IMG/VR virus record: IMGVR_UViG_3300033273_000282 | Location: 1 to 64,000 of that record | Source of the DNA: a virus | Taxonomy: Duplodnaviria; Caudoviricetes | Reading direction: 5' to 3' (one strand) | Length of the DNA: 64,000 nucleotides | In this document: positions 1-5,830 of the stretch, piece by piece | How the letters are laid out: each line of letters opens with the position of its first letter | How positions within the stretch are numbered: position 1 is the stretch's first letter | Position numbers and translations under genes: made by a program | The notes under the pieces: generated by a model | What the model was told of the DNA's origin: nothing | Databases searched by the model: none | Seen by the model: the letters and a program-made list of their open reading frames with translations, nothing else

Positions 1-2
1 AT

Positions 3-170
3 CACCCAGAGTATAAGACGGATGAAGATGAGATCTTTATCCCACGTAAGTCATTCAAAGAGGATGTAACAGAAGCACTACTCGAAGCAAATCAAAAGTT
101 CTGGAATAGTGGTAATGATGGATATCCCATTGATACCTCATTGGATGATGTTTTTCCTGATGAGAGATAA
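3..170 (+). CDS. 3' end of a hypothetical protein (truncated by window)
   Basis: Frame 3 is open from the window start (HPEYKTDEDEIFIPRKSF...DDVFPDER) to TAA at 168-170. Confidence 0.6.
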   Translation, partial: HPEYKTDEDEIFIPRKSFKEDVTEALLEANQKFWNSGNDGYPIDTSLDDVFPDER

Positions 171-324
171 AATAGTCTTCGCCCTACCATTCATACAAAT
201 CATCATAGCATTAGTAACACTATCACGTTTACCTGAACCACCACCACAATACTTCTGTCAACAATCATCATACAATCTAATCGTATGTAATCCTAACAGT
301 CCAGTTAATCTACAACTACGATGA
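160..324 (+). CDS. small putative membrane protein
   Basis: MRDKIVFALPFIQIIIALVTLSRLPEPPPQYFCQQ...; hydrophobic N-terminus; overlaps both neighbouring genes. Confidence 0.4.
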   Translation: MRDKIVFALPFIQIIIALVTLSRLPEPPPQYFCQQSSYNLIVCNPNSPVNLQLR

Positions 325-917
325 GAGATCTTAAAGAAGTAATATACAAAGGTCATGTAATGCCTGGATATTATATTAATACTAACTCAGAACTATTCAC
401 TACAAGAGTATCTGGTTCAATGGGTATTAATCGACATACTAGAAATAGATTATCATTACATGCTCATTGCTACTCTCAACCATTACGTCAAGTGAAAGGT
501 GTCAAGTATAAGACAGGTAAAATACTTTATCGTCTTGGAACTAGATACACTCACTATGAACAATATAATATCATAGGTAATGAAGTTGGTGTACATGCTC
601 ATCGATTAGTAATGGAAACATATAATCCTTTCCATGATAATATACCTACTGACTTACAACCTTATTGGGATACTCTTCCAACAGTTGTACAAGAATATAT
701 CTACAATGGTATGACTGTAGATCATATTAACCCAGATAAATCAAGACACGATTACAATTATCTCTCTAATCTACAATGGATGACTCATAGAGAGAATCTA
801 ATCAAAAGAGATAACATTATAGGTAACTTTTCCACAGTTGCGGAAAACGTTGTGGAAAAACCTGTGGAAAATAAATGTATTAAAAAACATAGGGTAAGTG
901 TTCTATCATTCGTTTAA
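321..917 (+). CDS. HNH (homing-type) endonuclease
   Basis: HRLVMETY...TVDHINPDKSRHDYNYLSNLQWMTHRENL matches the HNH_3 pattern; N-terminus resembles a NUMOD4-like segment. Confidence 0.85.
   Translation: MRDLKEVIYKGHVMPGYYINTNSELFTTRVSGSMGINRHTRNRLSLHAHCYSQPLRQVKGVKYKTGKILYRLGTRYTHYEQYNIIGNEVGVHAHRLVMETYNPFHDNIPTDLQPYWDTLPTVVQEYIYNGMTVDHINPDKSRHDYNYLSNLQWMTHRENLIKRDNIIGNFSTVAENVVEKPVENKCIKKHRVSVLSFV
828..871. promoter_or_regulatory. cluster of DnaA-box-like 9-mers (TTTTCCACA)
   Basis: TTTTCCACA at 828-836 (+); TGTGGAAAA at 851-859 and 863-871 (-); one-mismatch TGCGGAAAA at 839-847. Confidence 0.7.
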
Positions 918-935
918 ATGTGCTCTGGAGTCGTT

Positions 936-1031
936 GGCTTAGCACGCCTGCTATGGAACGTCAAGTCCCTCAGTGACACCCCTCAAAGTGGCACAGAGAC
1001 CCCTCTCAGGGCATCCTAGAGGCTGTATACT
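936..1031. promoter_or_regulatory. candidate divergent sigma70-type promoters flanking a dyad
   Basis: Rightward TG-TATACT at 1026-1031; leftward TTGACG (964-959)-N17-TAAGCC (941-936); dyad TGACAC-N8-GTGGCA at 974-993. Confidence 0.55.
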
Positions 1032-1038
1032 TACTATG

Positions 1039-1132
1039 TTCTGAGAAACACGAAAATCTCAAAAAAATCAAAAAAACAGAAAGTTAAATTTCTTAAAAAG
1101 TGAGATTTTTGAGTTTTTTCGATTTTTCAGAA
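1039..1132. repeat. long imperfect inverted repeat (A-tract/T-tract arms)
   Basis: TTCTGAGAAACACGAAAATCTCAAAAAAATCA (1039-1070) versus reverse complement of 1101-1132, TTCTGAAAAATCGAAAAAACTCAAAAATCTCA. Confidence 0.75.
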
Positions 1133-1161
1133 TTTAAAATAGTTAAACTTTAACAATTTCA

Positions 1162-1392
1162 ATGTTTTTCGAGAATTTTGAGTCTTCAGCAGTCAAATCT
1201 ATTGAAGTAGATGATAATATTGTAACTATAGTGTTTAATTCTTCAGATAAAGAATACAAATACAATATTATTGATGAAGAGTTTACAAATACTCTCCAAG
1301 ATAGTATTATTAATAACAAATCAATTGGTAGTTTGATTAATAAATCAATCAAAGATAAATTGATTGTTGAACTAAATACAACTAGTATTTGA
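1162..1392 (+). CDS. KTSC-domain-like protein
   Basis: SSAVKSIEV...IVTIVF...EYKY...SIGSLINKSIKD resembles the KTSC pattern. Confidence 0.55.
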   Translation: MFFENFESSAVKSIEVDDNIVTIVFNSSDKEYKYNIIDEEFTNTLQDSIINNKSIGSLINKSIKDKLIVELNTTSI

Positions 1393-1414
1393 TTGTAATA
1401 CTAATTAACAAATA

Positions 1415-1570
1415 ATGGCAAAGCTTAATAGAACTTCTCCTCACAAACAACAGTTCGAAGATGAGTACGAAGATTTCGGGTATGATGTAAAGAATGCCCG
1501 AAGATATCAGTCAAACAAAAAACGTACACCAAAATTTAAAGATTACGATGATACCTATGACAGTTATTGA
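1415..1570 (+). CDS. small hypothetical protein (51 aa, below the ORF track cutoff)
   Basis: MAKLNRTSPHKQQFEDEYEDFGYDVKNARRYQSNKKRTPKFKDYDDTYDSY; translated by hand. Confidence 0.65.
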   Translation: MAKLNRTSPHKQQFEDEYEDFGYDVKNARRYQSNKKRTPKFKDYDDTYDSY

Positions 1571-1613
1571 GCTGTCCACTAATCTCCCCACTGCCCCCCA
1601 TATCGTGTATTGT
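1558..1613 (+). promoter_or_regulatory. early promoter module (dyad + extended -10)
   Basis: TGACAG-N8-CTGTCC, then TG-TATTGT at 1608. Confidence 0.65.
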
Positions 1614-1638
1614 ATATGAGTCGTCAGGAATTGCTTCG

Positions 1639-1779
1639 ATGTTTGATGAACTCTGGTCTGAGATTCAAGACATGCCAGGTGAAATCTTTGACATAGAAGA
1701 TTTCAAAGTTGATGTAAAGGATCCTTGTCAGATTGCCTTAGAGCATGATGCCAAACTCCTCGAAATCCACAACGCTTGA
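1639..1779 (+). CDS. small early hypothetical protein
   Basis: MFDELWSEIQDMPGEIFD...; the ATG at 1639 lies downstream of the promoter module. Confidence 0.65.
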   Translation: MFDELWSEIQDMPGEIFDIEDFKVDVKDPCQIALEHDAKLLEIHNA

Positions 1780-1793
1780 TTAACACTTTTATC

Positions 1794-1967
1794 ATGAATC
1801 GTTCTGAACTTCAATCTCAACTTATCCAGCAAATCATTGATGACATGGACACCAAAACTATGGCAGCATTGTTGTATGATATGATGGACGAAAGTTATGA
1901 TAAGTATTCTGAGAGAGAACTTATCACCGAGATAGAAGAATACTATCCTCACATTCTTGAAGGTTGA
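1794..1967 (+). CDS. small acidic early hypothetical protein
   Basis: MNRSELQSQLIQQIIDDMD...; tightly packed with neighbours. Confidence 0.7.
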   Translation: MNRSELQSQLIQQIIDDMDTKTMAALLYDMMDESYDKYSERELITEIEEYYPHILEG

Positions 1968-1972
1968 TTAAC

Positions 1973-2140
1973 ATGAACCAACTGGAAATGCTGACCCAAC
2001 GTGAACAACTCATGTGTGACATTGATGGCATCGTGGAGGAGTTTTTTGTATCAACTTGGGGCGACGAATATGCCAACGACATGGAAGATTTAATCCGTGT
2101 CCTATGTGATGCTGTCTGCCGTAATTTTTCCACAAACTAA
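1973..2140 (+). CDS. small early hypothetical protein (55 aa)
   Basis: MNQLEMLTQREQLMCDIDGIVEEFF...LCDAVCRNFSTN; translated by hand. Confidence 0.7.
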   Translation: MNQLEMLTQREQLMCDIDGIVEEFFVSTWGDEYANDMEDLIRVLCDAVCRNFSTN

Positions 2141-2148
2141 CAACAACC

Positions 2149-2340
2149 ATGCTTTTCACAGTTAAAGACATCGAGTTTGATTTTGATGCTGATGATGTTA
2201 CTCCCGAGGAGATGATTGACATCACTGATGATACATTAGGCACATGGGAAGCTGATGATGAAGACGACCTAATCGATGAGATTAGCACACAAACAGGTTG
2301 GTGCATCCGTTCTATCGATTATGTGGTCCAGTTGAGGTAG
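2149..2340 (+). CDS. small acidic early hypothetical protein
   Basis: MLFTVKDIEFDFD...WEADDEDDLIDEISTQTGWCIRSIDY. Confidence 0.7.
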   Translation: MLFTVKDIEFDFDADDVTPEEMIDITDDTLGTWEADDEDDLIDEISTQTGWCIRSIDYVVQLR

Positions 2341-2382
2341 TGGCATACAGGGGGTTGTGGATGCCCCCTGATCATGTATTCT
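2326..2382 (+). promoter_or_regulatory. early promoter module
   Basis: GTCCAG-N8-GTGGCA; TTGTGG-N16-TATTCT. Confidence 0.65.
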
Positions 2383-2409
2383 ATAGAAGTCAACCAAACG
2401 ACACCAAAC

Positions 2410-2760
2410 ATGCGTAAGATCGAATCCCAAATGTGTGACGCCATTCAGCGTGGCATTAATTGGCAATCTGGCAACACTGCTGTTACAATTGACGAGGAAA
2501 CTAACACCTCTTCAGTGTTTCTCCATGGCAATCTTATCGCCACTGTGACTGATAACGACATGACCATCTTTGATGGTGGTTGGCAATCCAATACCACAAA
2601 GTCTCGTCTGAATGCTCTCTGTGATGAATTCTGCATCGCTGGTGAGGGTGTCTTTCAGAAAGATTTTAAGTGGTTTGTTCGTAAGTTTGTCGGACAATCT
2701 TCTATCACTGGTAAAGTCTTCAACGTAGAAGATTTCGAGAATGGGTTTGTCTTTGCCTGA
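2410..2760 (+). CDS. early hypothetical protein
   Basis: MRKIESQMCDAIQRGINWQSGNT...GWQSNTTKSRLNAL; start chosen downstream of the promoter. Confidence 0.8.
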   Translation: MRKIESQMCDAIQRGINWQSGNTAVTIDEETNTSSVFLHGNLIATVTDNDMTIFDGGWQSNTTKSRLNALCDEFCIAGEGVFQKDFKWFVRKFVGQSSITGKVFNVEDFENGFVFA

Positions 2761-2806
2761 TAGATGCACTATCACCTGCCAGCACTTCCGTCTGGTCACG
2801 TATACC

Positions 2807-2834
2807 AACCCTGGCGAAAGTCGGGGTTTTTTAT
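2807..2834 (+). terminator. intrinsic terminator
   Basis: AACCCTGGC-GAAA-GTCGGGGTT stem-loop followed by a T-run. Confidence 0.75.
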
Positions 2835-2903
2835 TGTATACAAGTTGACCAAAATGTTGTACAATGCTGTTAAATAGAGACAACACTTTCAAGGGGCATT
2901 CTA

Positions 2904-3035
2904 ATGACAGTTCAGGAAATGTATCAGGAAATAATTGAACAGTCTTTGGAAGATTTGTTGTTGGGATATGATGAGGCATCACAATATGATGATAGAGGTG
3001 AGATCGTGGAGATTGAATATACGACCGCTAATTGA
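2904..3035 (+). CDS. small acidic hypothetical protein (43 aa)
   Basis: MTVQEMYQEIIEQSLEDLLLGYDE...; TAAATA at 2871 upstream. Confidence 0.5.
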   Translation: MTVQEMYQEIIEQSLEDLLLGYDEASQYDDRGEIVEIEYTTAN

Positions 3036-3055
3036 TACAAACTAGGCAGCTGCCC

Positions 3056-3113
3056 GACCAGTTGACAAGGTGGCATAGAACCCCTTGATTTCTGCCCGAT
3101 TCTGTGCCATTGT
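3056..3113 (+). promoter_or_regulatory. early promoter module
   Basis: GACCAG-N8-GTGGCA; TTGATT-N17-CATTGT. Confidence 0.7.
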
Positions 3114-3134
3114 ATGGGCATGAACAAACAACCC

Positions 3135-3422
3135 ATGCAGTTCCAACTCTTCCTCGGTCGTAACATCCCCGACGCTGGCAAGGTCAGCAAGGCGCTGATT
3201 CGTGAGTTCATCGCTCGGGAGGTCTCCTCTCGCTTCGATGGTTTCACGATGACCGAAGGCGTCGGGTTCTGGAAGGGCGAGCAAGAGAGCGTCGTCATCC
3301 TGACGTTCATCACTGACGAGGCAGACAAGGTTGCTGAGATCGCCCAAGCGTTTAAGGTCGCCTTCCGTCAGGAGAGCGTATTGATGACCGAGATGGCGCT
3401 GCCCGTGTGCCAGTTCGTCTAG
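3135..3422 (+). CDS. DUF3574-like protein
   Basis: LFLGRNIPDAGKVS...FIAREVSSRFDGFT...GFWKGEQE...AFKVAFRQESVL matches the DUF3574 pattern. Confidence 0.7.
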   Translation: MQFQLFLGRNIPDAGKVSKALIREFIAREVSSRFDGFTMTEGVGFWKGEQESVVILTFITDEADKVAEIAQAFKVAFRQESVLMTEMALPVCQFV

Positions 3423-3466
3423 TTACACAGGGGCGACCCCAGATCGCCCCACCCCATGCCTATAAT
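3408..3466 (+). promoter_or_regulatory. early promoter module
   Basis: TGCCAG-N8-GTTACA; TATAAT at 3461. Confidence 0.7.
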
Positions 3467-3472
3467 GTCTAC

Positions 3473-3640
3473 ATGATGAATCAAACGAACAACCCCTACG
3501 CTCAGCAGATCCTCGCCAAGGGTCGGGACCTGCCCAAGGCACAACCCTCTACGGGTAAGGTGCCCGCTCGCTTCGCTGATCGCTTCGCTACCTACGAAGA
3601 ATACCAGGAAGCAATGGCAGATTTCCTCAACGGTCTGTGA
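3473..3640 (+). CDS. small early hypothetical protein
   Basis: MMNQTNNPYAQQILAKGRDLPKA...; immediately after the -10 element. Confidence 0.7.
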   Translation: MMNQTNNPYAQQILAKGRDLPKAQPSTGKVPARFADRFATYEEYQEAMADFLNGL

Positions 3641-3644
3641 AACT

Positions 3645-3821
3645 ATGTCTGACATGTTCAACTCTGTTCTCGAATCTCTCCAACAGTTCATTGATGATAT
3701 GGACGCTGATTGGTGTATGGTTTATGATTACATGGAGGCACATTGTGGTGTGTTGACTGAGGAACAATGGGATCAGGTAGAGGTGATCTACCACCAGAAC
3801 TTGACCGACCTTCGCTATTGA
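3645..3821 (+). CDS. small acidic hypothetical protein (58 aa)
   Basis: MSDMFNSVLESLQQFIDDMDADWCMVYDY...; fills the gap between neighbouring genes. Confidence 0.65.
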   Translation: MSDMFNSVLESLQQFIDDMDADWCMVYDYMEAHCGVLTEEQWDQVEVIYHQNLTDLRY

Positions 3822-3823
3822 TC

Positions 3824-3988
3824 ATGACTGAAACCAAGTTTATTATCTCTGGACGATTTGAACGTCCTAATGGTCACGTAATACGTGATGAGTTGTCCTA
3901 CATTAAGGCGACAAAACAAGAGGCAATTGCTACATGCCAGCGTCTCAATCCTCATTTCCACATTCACACTGTACGAGAGGAAATGTAG
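3824..3988 (+). CDS. small early hypothetical protein
   Basis: MTETKFIISGRFERPNG...CQRLNPHF. Confidence 0.65.
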   Translation: MTETKFIISGRFERPNGHVIRDELSYIKATKQEAIATCQRLNPHFHIHTVREEM

Positions 3989-4019
3989 CGCCTATTTGAT
4001 ACCCAGGGCGGCCGACCAG

Positions 4020-4075
4020 GGTCAGTTGGCAAGGTGTCCACCATTTCCCCCAAAGCACCCCTGACCCCTTATACT
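4020..4075 (+). promoter_or_regulatory. early promoter module
   Basis: GGTCAG-N8-GTGTCC; TATACT at 4070. Confidence 0.7.
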
Positions 4076-4096
4076 GATCTCATCAGCAAACAACCC

Positions 4097-4264
4097 ATGA
4101 GTCAGCAACGCTTCACCGTCTACGTCCCCTCCGATCCCCACGAATCGGTTTCGGTTCATTCCTGGGGTGAGGCGCAGCGTCTGCTGTGTCTGCTCGCTGA
4201 TGAGTTCACCTACGCCGAGATCCGTAAAGATGGCAAGATCTTACAAGACCTCCAGATCCTGTGA
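4097..4264 (+). CDS. small early hypothetical protein
   Basis: MSQQRFTVYVPSDPHESVSV...ADEFTYAEIR; preceded by CAACCCATG. Confidence 0.7.
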   Translation: MSQQRFTVYVPSDPHESVSVHSWGEAQRLLCLLADEFTYAEIRKDGKILQDLQIL

Positions 4265-4271
4265 TACCATC

Positions 4272-4523
4272 ATGAGCAAAAAAATGTCAACCAAAGGCAA
4301 CTATTCTTTCTATAAGGTTGAGATCGACCTCCACGAATCTCCCCAGCATCCTATCATCTTTTTCAGGAGAGAACGTAAGTGCAAGACCGCCAAGGGCATG
4401 GATAGGCAGCACAATCGTATTGTGAACGAGACGGTTGATCAGTGGAGACAATACTCTCAGCAGATCCGCCGTTACACCATCTCCCGTGTGCCAGCAGACA
4501 AAGTGGACTATGTGTGGGCGTGA
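4272..4523 (+). CDS. basic early hypothetical protein
   Basis: MSKKMSTKGNYSFYKVEID...PQHPIIFFRRERKCKTAKGMDRQHNRIVNE. Confidence 0.75.
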   Translation: MSKKMSTKGNYSFYKVEIDLHESPQHPIIFFRRERKCKTAKGMDRQHNRIVNETVDQWRQYSQQIRRYTISRVPADKVDYVWA

Positions 4524-4547
4524 TCGCCCCCATCCCATGCTTATAAT
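4489..4547 (+). promoter_or_regulatory. early promoter module overlapping the upstream gene end
   Basis: TGCCAG-N8-GTGGAC; TATAAT at 4542. Confidence 0.7.
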
Positions 4548-4553
4548 AGGGAC

Positions 4554-4745
4554 ATGATCAAACAACACAACGGCGCTTTCCTCGTCAACGACACCGCTGC
4601 CAACGACCCCATCTGCCAGCAGGTCATGGCATCCTACATCAACCAACTGAAGGCAGAGACCGCTCGCCGTGACCGTATCCGTCAGGGCATCGAACCCGCC
4701 CCCGAAGGACAGTGGGGGAACTGGTCTATCAGCGATCGCCACTGA
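4554..4745 (+). CDS. small early hypothetical protein
   Basis: MIKQHNGAFLVNDTAANDPICQQVM...; ATG about 6 nt after the -10, so nearly leaderless. Confidence 0.7.
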   Translation: MIKQHNGAFLVNDTAANDPICQQVMASYINQLKAETARRDRIRQGIEPAPEGQWGNWSISDRH

Positions 4746-4764
4746 TCGCCCTAGGGTCTACAAT
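4707..4764 (+). promoter_or_regulatory. early promoter module overlapping the upstream gene end
   Basis: GGACAG-N8-CTGGTC; TACAAT at 4759. Confidence 0.65.
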
Positions 4765-5128
4765 ACACACAACACACAAACGGAGCAAATGGAAGCACTC
4801 GAATCGATGATCCCCGAGCGGGAGTCCTTCAACGGTTGGACCAATTGGGAGACTTGGAACGCTGCTCTGTGGATTCAGAACTGCGAGTCGATGTATCGGG
4901 TCGCCCTTGCCTACGTTGAGCAGGCACGACGTTTCAACCACGCTCCCCGCTTCGACTACCTCATCCCTGCCCTTGAGTTCAACTTCGGGCAGATGACCCC
5001 CGACGGTTGCCGTTGGATGGACGGACGGATCAACACCGACGAACTGGACGAGATGCTGAGCGAACTGTGAACCAATGCAACAGAGGGGCGCTATGCTGCC
5101 CCCTAGGGTCTACAATACACACAACACA
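4749..5128 (+). repeat. 28-bp exact direct repeat (4749-4776 and 5101-5128) covering the -10 and leader
   Basis: CCCTAGGGTCTACAATACACACAACACA occurs twice, 352 bp apart, bracketing one gene. Confidence 0.9.
4789..5070 (+). CDS. conserved-type phage protein with NGWTNWETW motif
   Basis: FNGWTNWETWNAALWIQN...MTPDGCRW is a recognisable phage protein pattern of unknown function. Confidence 0.8.
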   Translation: MEALESMIPERESFNGWTNWETWNAALWIQNCESMYRVALAYVEQARRFNHAPRFDYLIPALEFNFGQMTPDGCRWMDGRINTDELDEMLSEL

Positions 5129-5140
5129 GACAACCACCTC

Positions 5141-5365
5141 ATGCTGACAGCAAACTGGGCAGTTCAACCCGCTTCCTTCGGTTCCTTCGATCAGTGGGGT
5201 TGTGACTGGGCAACCGATATCGACCATGCCTACCGCCTCGCCGCTGCCCTTGGCGAGGACGCCGTGATCTGGCGCTGCCCCCACCAAGGCAACCCCATGG
5301 CATGGGTCACGGTGAGAGCAGACGAGTCGGGCGTCGAAGCGATCGCCTCTCTCTTGTTTGACTGA
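5141..5365 (+). CDS. early hypothetical protein
   Basis: MLTANWAVQPASFGSFDQWGCDWA...; follows the second repeat copy. Confidence 0.75.
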   Translation: MLTANWAVQPASFGSFDQWGCDWATDIDHAYRLAAALGEDAVIWRCPHQGNPMAWVTVRADESGVEAIASLLFD

Positions 5366-5369
5366 TCGC

Positions 5370-5398
5370 TTGACCGATCGCCCCTGACCCTGTACAAT
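5370..5398 (+). promoter_or_regulatory. strong sigma70-type promoter
   Basis: TTGACC-N17-TACAAT with TG extension. Confidence 0.85.
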
Positions 5399-5419
5399 AC
5401 ACACAGCACACAGCAACCC

Positions 5420-5620
5420 ATGAACTTCGCCACAGCATCCAAAGCAGAACTCCTCGCCGCTGGTTTCACGTTCAAGACCGTTCGCCCTCGTCGCCCCCGT
5501 AAGGGTGAGTTGATCTGCCAGCGAGTCGGGTTCAAGACCAAGCGGGGCAGTCAGCAATGGCGTGACCGTGAGCACATCGCCTCTCCCTCTGCCTACGCCG
5601 TGGTGATGGGCAACGGGTGA
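5420..5620 (+). CDS. small basic early hypothetical protein
   Basis: MNFATASKAELLAAGFTFKTVRPRRPRK... Confidence 0.75.
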   Translation: MNFATASKAELLAAGFTFKTVRPRRPRKGELICQRVGFKTKRGSQQWRDREHIASPSAYAVVMGNG

Positions 5621-5640
5621 GCACGGCACCCTAGGACACA

Positions 5641-5701
5641 GGGGCGGGGGGGACAGTATATGCCCCCTTGCCCCCCTAGCGCCCCCGCGCCGAGCGACCC
5701 C
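5641..5701. other. GC-rich hairpin / G-run element ending the early region
   Basis: GGGGCGGGGGGG-10 nt loop-CCCCCTTGCCCC; four C-runs on + (G-runs on -). Confidence 0.6.
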
Positions 5702-5747
5702 AAAAAAGTACCTTCTTTCTAAGCTATAAACGTTTCCAGACGCTCGA

Positions 5748-5753
5748 TAAATA
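5748..5753 (+). promoter_or_regulatory. T4-type late promoter
   Basis: ATAAATA at the start of the structural region. Confidence 0.6.
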
Positions 5754-5830
5754 TTAAAGGGAAAACGAGAAATCAAAACAACTCAAAAATAAAAAATTTC
5801 CCAGGTATCAAACGCCCTCAAAAGTCGATC

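Noticed and set aside
2445-4941. Several 60-156 aa minus-strand ORFs in the early region
   Set aside because: Each lies opposite a better-supported + strand gene that has its own promoter
974-5398. Early-region repeats as a CRISPR array or integron
   Set aside because: Repeats are degenerate promoters, the spacers are whole genes of variable length, and no cas or integrase gene is in the window
5030-5776. 248-aa minus-strand ORF
   Set aside because: Antisense shadow of GC-rich + strand genes and promoters; no recognisable motif; runs through regulatory repeats
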